NCBI GenBank assembly: GCA_018985225.1
Contig: JADGIF010000160.1
Coordinates: forward strand, 1 to 16,547
Direction of reading: 5' to 3'
From: Amoeboradix gromovi X-113
Lineage: Eukaryota > Fungi > Sanchytriomycota
Length of the DNA: 16,547 nucleotides
Shown here: piece by piece, positions 1 to 9,971 of the stretch
Numbering within the stretch: the first letter of the stretch is position 1
Layout: each line of letters begins with the position of its first letter
Made by a program: the position numbers and the translations under genes
Notes under the pieces: generated by a model
What the model saw: the letters and a program-made list of their open reading frames with translations, nothing else
What the model was told of the DNA's origin: nothing
The model's database searches: none

Positions 1-91
1 TAATAGAAGATCTTTTATTAATGATAGCATTTCCTCCGTATGGTGCACCTTTAAAAACGAGTTAGTCTAGTTTTTATATTTGGTGTCCCAT
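1..91 (+). mobile_element. Right (3') end of a Fanzor/TnpB-like element, copy A: ORF tail plus candidate omega-RNA 3' part, truncated by window start
   Basis: Reverse complement of 16324-16415 apart from a 1-nt indel, a 2-nt indel and one substitution. Continuous identity ends after ...TTTGGTGTCCCAT. Bases 2-31 translate NRRSFINDSI, the tail of the Fanzor-like ORF at 16361-16546. Confidence 0.8.
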
Positions 92-840
92 GTTAAGTAT
101 GTGACCATCTGGAGTAACTTGCAATTTATAAGAAAGTGAGACAAGTTAGACGGTTGAATAACTATAGAAAGATAAGCAATTAGTGATATGGAGTTCAAAA
201 CCACGTTACTGCAATAAACGGCTTACTCAATTGAACTCGAAAGTTGTTGACTAAAACTAAGCAAACATGACAGACCTAGCGAAAATAGCCCATATATGAC
301 TCGAAAATAATCGCTATTGCTTAATAAAGGAAACTTGATACTATTTCATTAGTTATATAATTACAAAACTATCGCAGTTACATAGCGATTGCTCTTGTTT
401 CTTTTGGGCTGGTAACATCTTTGAACCATTGCACCTCTTAACAGGAAGGGCTTTATAAAGCTAATTTTATTTCGTGTTGTTATGCCAGCCGAAAGGTGCG
501 TTTAGCAGATTTTTGTTAGAGAATATGGCACTAGGTTAGAATACACTCTTTTGTTACAAAGCTTGCTAACATCGACCATTAACATAAAAGTTTTTGTTGA
601 ACTACAGGGCTAGCTTACACTTCAGAAATATTTACTATGAATTTTAGGAGGTTGAACGTGGCCCTGAAAAATCAATCCCCGATCAAAGAAAGTAAAAAGG
701 CCATCTATGCAGTTAAAACAATAAATTTTTGCTTCTAGCCTCTTGGCTCTCAGCTGGTTAACAGATTCAATCTAAAAATGTTGGAAATAGATAGCAGAAA
801 ACCTCAAAATTTATCCCAAGATTCTTTTTATATGAACAAA

Positions 841-1317
841 CCATTTGTAGCTTCCGGGATACATTGTAATCCAATAAACTAAGTTTCGACCTCTCAATCT
901 CTATAAAACTCGAACGATAAGTGTAAATAACTTTAAGAAAATAGGCTATTAAGTTTTCTTACCAAGTGACCTGTCAATTCTAGATACAGTGTTAACAAGT
1001 TTAACAACGTAACACTTTCATATCTGTTGAGCACTTTATCATTGAGTTTACAGCATAAGACTCTCTTAGTTGACCAGTTTTCGTTGTTGAACTAGCAATC
1101 AAAAAAATCAATCTCAAACTAACCACATTCAGAACATTAACTGATGCTGAATTGATCTTTGGCATATTACTTTCAGTTTGTCCATATGACGTGCCATCTA
1201 TGCGAAGAATGTGAAGCTTTTGAAAAGCAAAGGTGTCTCGTCTTTTGTAACAGACATTTTCAGCGCATGTTCTATGTAAAATAGAACGCAAGGTAGAATT
1301 TAAGACATAAATTTGAA
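841..1317 (+). pseudogene. Highly decayed Fanzor1-like nuclease remnant
   Basis: Motifs in order across frames: FVASGIH (844-864, RuvC-I GID-like, gat>cat), FRC*TSNQK (1079-), ELIFG, TCHLC (1189-1203), and *NAR*NLRHKF (1282-1314). The last aligns codon-for-codon with QNASWNIRDVF of the 7130-7560 remnant. Confidence 0.5.
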
Positions 1318-2121
1318 TAACGGTTCCTAATTTACACCTTCCAGATAATAATGAAGAGTCTGATTACTGTAGTAATGGATGACTTGTCCCTCCTAAAATT
1401 AATTCAGATTATGAACAAAGTGACCAATTGCAGATAGGATAGGTTTTTGTACTTACAAGAGGTCCTATTCTAATTCAGTAAAGACCGTTGATAGCCTTGT
1501 AACTATGATGAGTCTGAGATCGCAATGGCTCTAACTTGCAAAGCCATTCCAGCTAGATGACTCTTCTAGCTAAATTGTGTGATGGAACAGCTTAATGAAT
1601 TAAGTAGGCAATCATTTGTTTTAGAAAGTATTGCTATTATAAGCAAGTGTTGCAAATTATTTGCAAGTATTTTACGAATGACTGTTATAAAAAACCAAGT
1701 TGCAGTGTTGAGCTAGTCAAAATATTGATATGACGAGCAAAAACAACTGCATCCACTTAGATAAATGTTCATAATGTATATTTTAATGATATGAATAGAA
1801 GAGGCAGAGGTACATAATGAAACTTGACTCAATGAATGATAAAAGCAAATACCCAGCAGTTTCTAATAGAAACCTGATCAAATATTTCTGACGTGCCAAC
1901 ACTATGTCGTTTTTATTTTGACAGCGAAACAATGCCGCCGCCAACAGAGAAAATGTATTGATACATTCATGTGCATAAAAAGGCAACTCGGGAGCGAATA
2001 GCATGAATGTGATACTACTATTAGAGAGTCTTGCCCAAAGATTACCTGAATTCTATTTAGGTCATGTTCGTAGTGATTTTCAGAAAGCTACGTTGCAAAA
2101 AATATTTTATAAAACAAGGCA

Positions 2122-2487
2122 ATGAATCGGCTACCATTGGAAATCGCACCTTCAAAACTTGCAGAGCCAACAGCACATTTGACTGAAGAACAGCAAAAAC
2201 AGATTTCGTATCAATCTATAAAGCAGCTACCCATGCAAGGATTCATGATGTGGATGATGGGATCTACTTTGAATATTTTTACCATTGGATTCTTGTCTAT
2301 GAATGTCATCAATTCCATCAAGGGATTAAAGTCAATCATTTTGCTTGATAGCTTCCATAAAATCTTATTTATAGTGGCGCAGTTGCCAATGCTAGCGTTA
2401 ATTTTATGGAAGCTTAACCAACTACAGTTATTTCAAAGCGATATTAAGTTCGAAAATGATTTTAGAGGGCTAGAGTTTATAGATTAA
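2122..2487 (+). CDS. EMC4: ER membrane protein complex subunit 4
   Basis: KQLPMQGFMMWMMGSTLNIFTI resembles the EMC4 signature (PMN.FMMWMSG..IQIF.I); two hydrophobic segments; LWKLNQLQL C-terminal motif. Confidence 0.85.
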   Translation: MNRLPLEIAPSKLAEPTAHLTEEQQKQISYQSIKQLPMQGFMMWMMGSTLNIFTIGFLSMNVINSIKGLKSIILLDSFHKILFIVAQLPMLALILWKLNQLQLFQSDIKFENDFRGLEFID

Positions 2488-2492
2488 TAAAT

Positions 2493-3209
2493 TTATTGGA
2501 CTCTTAAAGTGTATGCATCCACTCTCGATCTCATTGCGAGATCATCTTCATTTCGATCCTTTGGTGAATCTTCTTTAAAAACGGGTTCATAACCAGACGC
2601 GCTATACATAAACTCCACCTTGAATCCAAGTTTGATAGCCTTTTTGAAAAACAGCAGGTCTGCATCTCTAAGCCAAGGTCTATGGGAAGTGAAGAACACA
2701 AGAGCAAAACCGGTGAGTTTCAGGCTAGACTTAATGGTCTTTAAAAGTTTTTCTTGTTCGGAATGGTTAAATACCAGGTCTGCCATCAAGATAACATCAT
2801 ACTTGCAAGTTAACTCGTTCCCCCATAAAAGTCCTTGTACTTTGACGTTGTGTTGATTTGCAAAGTTTCTATTTAGCATCTCTATTAAATCGTAGTCTGG
2901 GTAATCAGTAACCAAAACCGAAGCAGCGAAATTAGCAACTGTAAGGGATGGTATTCCCACTCCTGCTCCCAGTTCCAGTACATTTTTGTGTTTAAACAAG
3001 CAAGGATTTTGCTGTATATATAGAGACATCTCCATTGCAGAATTGTAAACATAGTGAGCCCACAATGGGTGTCTTGAAATCACTGAGACATCGAAATTGT
3101 AATTACCACATTTAATGCTTTGGGGAACATACTCTATTTCATTCTCGTTATCTTTTATGTAAAACAAATTTTCTAAATCAAAACTCATTTGATCGTTTGA
3201 TCCTCTCAT
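2493..3209 (-). CDS. EFM7: Protein N-terminal/lysine methyltransferase (EFM7/NNT1 family, class I SAM-dependent)
   Basis: HPLWAHYVYNSA, VLELGAGVGIPS (motif I), VTDYPD, ADLVFNH and FFTSHRPWL are characteristic of fungal Efm7/Nnt1. Confidence 0.88.
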   Translation of the reverse strand: MRGSNDQMSFDLENLFYIKDNENEIEYVPQSIKCGNYNFDVSVISRHPLWAHYVYNSAMEMSLYIQQNPCLFKHKNVLELGAGVGIPSLTVANFAASVLVTDYPDYDLIEMLNRNFANQHNVKVQGLLWGNELTCKYDVILMADLVFNHSEQEKLLKTIKSSLKLTGFALVFFTSHRPWLRDADLLFFKKAIKLGFKVEFMYSASGYEPVFKEDSPKDRNEDDLAMRSRVDAYTLRVQ

Positions 3210-3234
3210 TTACATCAGGTTAAAATTATATGAT

Positions 3235-3609
3235 TTATTGGCGCAGTACAAGAGCAATTTCATGATCACACCGCATTCCAGAGGAGAGGCATTCTTTTAA
3301 CTTAGTAAAGCAAGGCGGAATGTTCGGAGAAGATGATTGCAATTTAGTATTTAACTCTCTCGCTTTTTCGATTAAAGTTTGGCTCTGTAAATGATCAAAA
3401 GCTTTGGAAGAGGCAGGCGATTCTGCTTTTTTAGACATTACCTCCAATTCTTTACCGATGCCATTCTCTGGATATTCTTGCTCATGTGAATCTGCCGTGA
3501 AAGTTGATCTACGTTCTGCAGTGTTTTCGACAACAGAATTATTTGCTTGTGTACCATTAATTTCCTCGGGCAACTTTGAAGTGCTGATGTATGGATTTAA
3601 AATCCTCAT
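3235..3609 (-). CDS. Hypothetical protein, 124 aa; hydrophilic with C-terminal Cys cluster (weak resemblance to MIC19/CHCH-type proteins)
   Basis: ATG-initiated ORF neatly filling the gap between two co-oriented genes; protein-like composition; PCFTKLKECLSSGMRCDHEI tail. Confidence 0.6.
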   Translation of the reverse strand: MRILNPYISTSKLPEEINGTQANNSVVENTAERRSTFTADSHEQEYPENGIGKELEVMSKKAESPASSKAFDHLQSQTLIEKARELNTKLQSSSPNIPPCFTKLKECLSSGMRCDHEIALVLRQ

Positions 3610-3665
3610 AGAGATTGTAACGCTGGAGAACTGGACAGAAAAATCAGGAAAAAAAAGGATTTACT

Positions 3666-4575
3666 TTAAACATATGGACGAAGAAAGTCCGACATCACAG
3701 CATACACAGTTAAAAGGATACCACCTCCAGGTCCTAATCTTAACACTTTTGGTAGAAAACCCTTATACCTAAGTTAGATTGAAGTACAATGCACCAAATC
3801 CCTCTGCTCTAGCAACTTTAGCGATAGAAGGAAGTGTCCAACCATATGTCTTGTCTCCGGCTTTTTGATTCTGAATCCTAGATTTTACTACATCAAAGGG
3901 AGTGTTAATGGTAGTTCCGAATGTGCCACCAATGGCGCCTGCAATGAAGTTACGAAATAAATCACCTTCTTTTGTTTCTGCCTCTGGCAAAATGTTTTTT
4001 ACTGAGTGAATAACTCCAAAATAACCACCATTCCAGGTCGCGTGTCTCCAAAGAGTTGCTTCTAGTCCATTAAAAAACGCAAGGGGACCTTCATTCTTTA
4101 AAATTCCTTTAACGCAATCCATTGTATTCTTAAAAACGGTATTCTTGTCCTGCAGTCTAATTTTTACTAGCTCGAAAGGAACTACAATAAATGCTTCGGT
4201 ACATCCTGCGCTAACCCCTGTTGCAATGGACAAGAGCTGCTTGTTCTCAAATGACTGCTCAAATAGCTCCTTGTACTGAGAGTTCGCTGAAAATTTGATT
4301 GCTCTCTTAGGAGCTTCAATCAGTATAGGAGCCGCAATTCCTTTGTATAGACGAGCAAACCCTTCCTTTTGAACTATTTCTTTAAGTGTTTGAACTATAG
4401 ATGGAGATCCAGAAGTCGATAACTGTGCTCTTGTCTTCACTGTGTCCAATGGATACATTGTTAGTATCTCTGATACTCCTGCTATACCGCCTGCCAGGAA
4501 TTGGAACCGAAATGGTAGTGGTGGTTCAACTTTCTTTGTCGCATTACTTGAATTACTTTGATGTTGCATGTTCAT
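3666..4575 (-). CDS. ODC1: Mitochondrial 2-oxodicarboxylate carrier (SLC25A21/ODC type), 2 exons (4575-3788, 3768-3666), ~296 aa
   Basis: Three PxD/ExxKxRxQ carrier motifs, plus EAPKRAIKF and WRHATWNGGYFG. Removing the 19-nt intron restores ALYKGFLPKVLRLGPGGGILL...PYV*. Confidence 0.92.
3769..3787 (-). other. 19-nt spliceosomal intron (GTACTTCAATCTAACTTAG)
   Basis: GT...AG; excision restores the conserved carrier C-terminus; retention gives an in-frame TAG. Confidence 0.9.
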
Positions 4576-4711
4576 CACCCCTGAACTGCAACGAAAGTTT
4601 CCAAACCCAATGTTCCTGAATCCGGCAGAGAAAAGATAAGCTTAAAAGAATTCAACAACATTAGAAGCATTTTAGAAAATAAAAAATCCTCTATTAATTT
4701 TCAGACAAGGA

Positions 4712-6283
4712 ATGGCGGAGGACCTGCAAGATTCAATATCTCAATGCTGCAAAAACTTAGGTGTAACAAGAAATAATTTCCATGATACTTGGCAGGCTTA
4801 TGCCTTGAATAATGGTATTGAAATAAGTGAACTTAATGAAGACCGTTTGGAAATTGTTAAAAATATTCTACTAAATGCAGTTAGACGGGAGAAAACTAAC
4901 TCAAGTCAGCACGATTTATCTTCGGGTGGGTTATCCGCTTTACTTAGTGGGATTTCAAGTGAGGGACAAGTTAATTCTTCGCACAAAGGTGAGGTTCTTT
5001 ACAAATTCGGTGCTGAAATAGAATTTGACTTGCAAAGGCAAACAAATAATCTAACTGCTCCATTGAACTGCCTTGAGATGTACAAAACCTTTTTTTGCTC
5101 TGCACAGAGTGATCGCGACTCTATATTTGAAGAATTAGATCAATGTTTTAGCACTTTTCGTACAGAATTTCAATCAAAATCCAAAGAAAATGACCTAAGC
5201 ATTGATTTTAGTGCTGCAGATGCTCTTTCCACCAGAGATATTATCACTTTTGGTAGAATACTTATATTAGCTGCCTCAGATTCCCCAGCTGATGATATAT
5301 ATAGTAGTGAAGAAAAACAAGCTGTAATATTATGTGCAAGTGACCTGGGTAGAGGCATCGCCTACTTGGATCTGAATAACTTAACTTCTGACTGTACGTT
5401 TTGGAAACAATCTGGTTCCATTTTCTCAGGTCAGACTTGTGGCTTAATAGGAAACAACCCAACGGGTAGATCATTCAATGTTAAATGTATTTTGCAGCCA
5501 AATATTCCATTGTATAAAACTTATCCTACCAATCCTTCAAGAAATGTCGTGGCTGTAGCCGCTGGCCCTTTTCTTTATTCTGCAAGCTTGACAGCTCTTG
5601 ACAGTGCTCTACAAGCTATAGTGGAAAGGAATCCATTGTACTCCATTCTTATAGGTCCATTTATTCATGAATCAACATTGAAACAGCTAGATTTATTTGT
5701 TAATGATCTCTACGATGTTGTAATAAGCAAATTGGCTAAATGTGCGGAGAAAGTGCCTCATACTAAATTCATAATCATTCCAAGCCCCTTTGAAGCAATA
5801 TCGACAATCTGCTTATATCCTACACCACCTTTGAACCAAAATAACACTCAGTTTGCAAAATTGGTAGATTTTAAATTAACTTAGTCAACATTTCATTTTT
5901 TCCCAAGCCCCTGCATATTCTCGATAGATGACATAGTCTTTGGATGCACTAGCTGTGATGCAATCAAATCTATTTCTAGCTCACTCATTGGGGTATCGAA
6001 ACTGGATAAAAAGGATAGAATATCTTCAATTTGCGAATACGTACTGACGAATGGACCAATGCCCTCAGTTCCAACACCCGAGAACGTATCACTCACGCGG
6101 ATATTGAAATGGACTATTACGCCGCATGTGCTTTTAGTTCCTTCTATTTTAAATCCATTTTTGAAAAAGGTAGATTTCACCGCTTGTATTAATCCTGGAT
6201 CTGTAACCAGAAACAACAGAATCAACAACATCAGTTTTATACAGCTCGGAAAGGAAATAGCTCTGCAAACAATAAAATTGTAA
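4712..6283 (+). CDS. POL12: DNA polymerase alpha-primase B subunit, 2 exons (4712-5863, 5885-6283), ~516 aa
   Basis: IFSGQTCGLIGNNPTGRSF, VAAGPF, ILIGPFI and IIIPS motifs; after the intron PSPCIFSIDDIVFG, PHVLLVPS and CINPG. Confidence 0.9.
5864..5884 (+). other. 21-nt spliceosomal intron (GTAGATTTTAAATTAACTTAG)
   Basis: GT...AG, phase 0, ends in an in-frame TAG; joins ORFs 4712 and 6059, which are in the same frame. Confidence 0.85.
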
Positions 6284-6331
6284 TTTTTAACAATTTTCAT
6301 AACTTTTTCAATCTGAAACATCTTCTCTGGC

Positions 6332-7093
6332 ATGATCATCAAGGAATATAGAGTAAGACTACCTTTAACAGTTGATGAATATCAAATAGGGCAATTATAT
6401 GCAGTAGCAGAAGCATCAAAAGACGAAACTGGTGGAGGAGAAGGCGTAGAAGTGTTGAAAAATGAACCTTGCGAATACGAAGGAAAAACGGGCCAATACA
6501 CTTATAAAATCTATAGATTTTCGTCCAAAGTGCCTGCTTTAATTCGAACTTTAGCACCATCTGGTTCGTTAGAAGTGCATGAAGAAGCTTGGAACTGCTA
6601 TCCATGGTGCAAAACGGTTTTAACAAATCCTTACATGAAAGATAAATTCAAGCTCGTTATTCAGACTATTCATCACAATGATGATGGTAGTGTTGAGAAT
6701 ATTCATGCTATATCCGATCAAGATCTAGCGGAGAGGGATGTTGTAAAGATTGATATAGCAAATGATACACTTGAAAGCAAAGACTACAAGAAGGAATATG
6801 ATCCAACTTTGTTTCATTCAGTGAAGACCAACAGAGGCCCGTTATCTAAGGATTGGTTACAAAAAGTAAAACCAATAATGACTGCATACAAATTGGTAAC
6901 TTGCGAATTTAAATGGTACGGATTGCAGAGCAAGGTCGAATCCCTAATACAAGATATTCAATTTAATCTGAATCTCAAATTTAATCGCCAAGTTTTTTGC
7001 TCAATTGATAACTGGCATGGCATGTCAATTGAGGACATTCGAAGATTGGAAGATCAAACAAAGACGGATTTGGATGCAAAGAGAGATAAATAA
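6332..7093 (+). CDS. Class I phosphatidylinositol transfer protein (PITP alpha/beta-like, START-like fold)
   Basis: KEYRVRLPLTVDEYQIGQLY, ETGGGEGVEVLKNEP, GQYTYKIY, EEAWNCYP, KTNRGPL and MTAYKLV motifs. Confidence 0.95.
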   Translation: MIIKEYRVRLPLTVDEYQIGQLYAVAEASKDETGGGEGVEVLKNEPCEYEGKTGQYTYKIYRFSSKVPALIRTLAPSGSLEVHEEAWNCYPWCKTVLTNPYMKDKFKLVIQTIHHNDDGSVENIHAISDQDLAERDVVKIDIANDTLESKDYKKEYDPTLFHSVKTNRGPLSKDWLQKVKPIMTAYKLVTCEFKWYGLQSKVESLIQDIQFNLNLKFNRQVFCSIDNWHGMSIEDIRRLEDQTKTDLDAKRDK

Positions 7094-7129
7094 ATAGGAT
7101 TTTACTAGTTGATAGTAAGTATTCACTGT

Positions 7130-7560
7130 CTAGTCACCCCATTGGAATGGTGTCCTCATCAATATCGACATCATCTTTTGGCTTTTTAATGTTTTTATAT
7201 AACTAACAAATACATCTCTAATATTCCAACTAGCATTCTGATCAGGGTCAACATTTGAGAAGCATGATCCACATTTTCGCAACCTCTTTCGTTTTCCATA
7301 TTCTTTACCATTCACATCCTTCTTACATTTACAACACTTCTTGGAAGTATATTCTTTGGGTAAAATGGTTACTTGTCTCTGGCATAATAATCTATTTGGA
7401 GCCGGACCACTTCTTCAAAGCGCGGTTTACCATCATGTCCCCGACAAATAGATCTATTTAGTCTGTTAATTCAAAGTTACAGATTGTCCTTTCACTAGTT
7501 TACCAACTCATAAAAGATCGTGTATTTGATCTTTTGCTTTAACCAAAAAATTCTATATCA
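7130..7560 (-). pseudogene. Decayed Fanzor1-like nuclease, C-terminal part (may extend to ~8000)
   Basis: RSFMSW*TSERTICNF, LFVGD (~7450-7437), frameshift, GPAPNRLL (7408-), VTILPKEYTSKKCCKC, RLRKCGSC, VDPDQNASWNI (DPD from 7249). This is the RuvC-II / zinc ribbon / RuvC-III layout, with stops and a frameshift. Confidence 0.85.
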
Positions 7561-8096
7561 CCACTGTTTGGAGCATTTCTTGCTATAAAACCAAGTAATC
7601 TCTTTCCAATAAGTTACCAATGCATCCAAAAAGGTTCTTGACGCTTAAAGATTGTATTGATTGTTACGAGGTTTTTATGGTGCGCTCATATAGACACATT
7701 TGATATAAACTCTTTTGGTTGATCAAAAAGGCTCTATTGATGATTGGCGTGATGAAATATCATTCATGAAGTATCTCAAACAAAAGTAGTTTAGTAATTG
7801 TTGTTATTTTGAAGTTCAATCCATACAATCCAAATAACCAATTAAAAAACAAATAAGTCCAAAATTTAGCTTGACGCGTCATTTTTCGAATTGTAAAGAG
7901 CATTCCTTTATGATTAAGATCTTTCAATATTGTTGACAAAGTATGAGTAACCACTTGATATTTAGTAAGATCATCTAAAAATTTCATTTTTCCTCAACAC
8001 AATTACCTGGTTGTCTTCTATATTTAGGAGAAATACTAATCAGAACAGATTATTTTAAAATTGAACCCCAAAAATTTGTTTAACAATGGACAGTAA

Positions 8097-8700
8097 ATGG
8101 AACCCAATTTCAGAAAAAGTCCCCAACTCCAAGCACCTCCTAGAATGTTGTGTCAGTCTCGTAATATGCCATCAAGCCTTTTTTCAATATGAAAAATGCT
8201 CTGGCAATATCATTCAAAAAGGCTTAGCTGGTTAGCACTTGAGTATATGTTGCAATATCTCAACCGATAGCCATTTTCATATTCTGTCTTAATGTTTGTA
8301 ATGTCACCTTGTTCACACGCAATGCAGCATTTGGATGTCTTTCTTTTTTATCTGATGACATAAAGATGCCTGACTCCAAATGTGGTTTCTAGGTGTTGTT
8401 TCTACTTGGAGATGAGTTCGTTTTGTCAGAATGAGTCACATTTCATCAAAATATCGCTTTCCGCTGCCTATGAAACTCTAGTTGATCTTAAAAATAATTA
8501 CTTTACCTTCGGATTATACGTTTTGCACGTGCTTCTTTAAGTAGATTTCACTTTATCTAATCATACTTTTATACCGCGAATTAATATCATGCAGAGCTTA
8601 TCGCAATTCTAAATTTCAATTAATTATTAGTTTAGAGACAGAATTTAGTAGGGTGTTTCGTCCGAGGTATACTGACATCAATGCCGGTTGCAAGATTGTT
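8097..8700 (-). pseudogene. Decayed Fanzor-like nuclease of the same subfamily as the element at 16324-16547
   Basis: ATGIDV (GIDV 8685-8674, RuvC-I), RQRKAIF/DEM, TSKCCIAC (8338-8315), YRLRYCN (8269-8249) and FE/DIARAFFILKKG (8218-8176). These match YRLRKC...FERDVGSSSFILKRG at the window end. Confidence 0.75.
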
Positions 8701-9144
8701 GCTAGGCTTATCAATCTTGATGTTATTCTGGTAGGTACGTACTTCTGTAGCACTTATGCGCCCAAGGTAACATCTTTTTCTTTTTTTAAACTCAACAATT
8801 AGTTCTAAAATGTAGGGAATGTAATTACTTCTAAAAGAAGTAATCCTAGGTGTTTCTTCTATCTTAATTTGATGCAACAAAGTAAAAAACCAGCGCAAAC
8901 CATGACCATTGACAAAGAAGCTTGTGAAATGATGTAAAATCTAAACTACATGTTCAAAATAGTTTCAGGCATTCAAATGCTTACTTCTAGCTGCTAGAAG
9001 TATTTAATATGCTGGAAATCAAGAATTTTTAATTGAAAAAGTATTTGGATTTTGAGGTATTTAAATTTTATGCGGATGTAAAATACAAGAAAATGGTAAT
9101 GAGACTGTGTTGACTTTATTAAATAGTTAAAGTGTACCTAAATT

Positions 9145-9324
9145 TTAATCTTCGATGCAGTCTATCATCTTGAAAACAGAATAAACAATTGGGTGTTGAA
9201 TAGACATCTGGCTGTTCTTATAATATACAAGAGTGGGCGTCATCCGTATTGACGACATCCTTTCAACTCTGACTCTTCCAGTATTTAAAATTCCAATTTT
9301 GGGAGATGAATTGCTTCCCGCCAT
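9145..9324 (-). CDS. Unknown microprotein (59 aa), paralog 1
   Basis: Paralogous to 9786-9971, with many synonymous third-position differences in this frame (CAG/CAA, CCA/CCG, TTC/TTT, AAG/AAA, GAC/GAT); shared ATG GCN start. Confidence 0.65.
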   Translation of the reverse strand: MAGSNSSPKIGILNTGRVRVERMSSIRMTPTLVYYKNSQMSIQHPIVYSVFKMIDCIED

Positions 9325-9439
9325 TTCAGAGTAGGAGTAAAACAGTTTTAAAGGGCATAAGAAGCGAGCATGCTGTATGATTTTGGGCATAGTGCTATGT
9401 TAGGTTCGTTTGGAAAAAGTTATATTGTTTAAGAATAAA

Positions 9440-9700
9440 AGGCCGCTTGAAATGCTACAATCCTTTCATAAAGGTCCTCAGTATCATTGAGTCAAATGCA
9501 TCTTCTTATTCATGAATTGACGCCATTTATAAACACTAGTTATCACTGTGTTACTACATTAGGTGAACATAAAAGATTAGTTTTTGTAGAAAACGTAGTC
9601 CGGTTGCCAAATAAAAATCCTGAGATCTGAACTTTGTTCGTGATGAAGTGAGATGATCATTTTAATCTCATCCAATCGATTCCAATGAATCTTGAGGTTG
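9440..9700 (-). pseudogene. Possible decayed Fanzor1-like fragment (RuvC-I to central helix)
   Basis: FIGID (9689-9675), SQDFYLATG (~9625-9599), KWRQFMNKK/AFDSM (9528-9485) and IVAF (9461-9450) occur in the expected order, with deletions. Confidence 0.42.
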
Positions 9701-9785
9701 TTTAACTTAATGCTCTTGTAAATTGTGTTGAAATAAGACTCATAAAATCTATATGGTTTATTAATTCACCCCGAACATGTCTCTA

Positions 9786-9971
9786 TTAAAAATTCTGCGT
9801 ATAATCTATCATTTTAAAAACATCATAAACAATCGGGTGTTGAATAGACATTTGGTTTAGCTTGTAGTGAACAAGAGTGGGCGAACTAGTTATTGACAGC
9901 ATCTTTTCAACTCTTAGTCTGCCAGTGTTTAATATTCCGGTCTTTGACGAAGATGCACTAAATTCTGCCAT
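9786..9971 (-). CDS. Unknown microprotein (61 aa), paralog 2
   Basis: GILNTGRxRVExM.SI...PTLV.YK..QMSIQHPIVY.VFKMID shared with 9145-9324. Confidence 0.65.
   Translation of the reverse strand: MAEFSASSSKTGILNTGRLRVEKMLSITSSPTLVHYKLNQMSIQHPIVYDVFKMIDYTQNF

Noticed and set aside
99-104. ATG at the same offset after copy A as the LRR gene ATG after copy B (possible duplicated gene)
   Set aside because: Immediately followed by TGA, with no LRR similarity downstream; the repeat is better explained as an element end.
1524-1667. Short inverted repeats (AATGGCT/AGCCATT; TTGCAAAT-T-ATTTGCAA)
   Set aside because: Isolated and compatible with chance in AT-rich DNA; no supporting context.
1001-2004. 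Minus-strand ORFs 1001-1291 and 1783-2004
   Set aside because: No recognisable motifs; the first overlaps a probable + strand Fanzor fossil.
2620-6626. Antisense/overlapping ORFs (2620, 3404, 4401, 5170, 5262, 5893, 6339)
   Set aside because: Shadows of well-supported genes on the opposite strand.
8112-8125. AAAGTCCCC resembling RNase MRP CR-I
   Set aside because: No matching GGGGCT CR-V partner downstream; it lies at the 3' end of a Fanzor fossil on the opposite strand.
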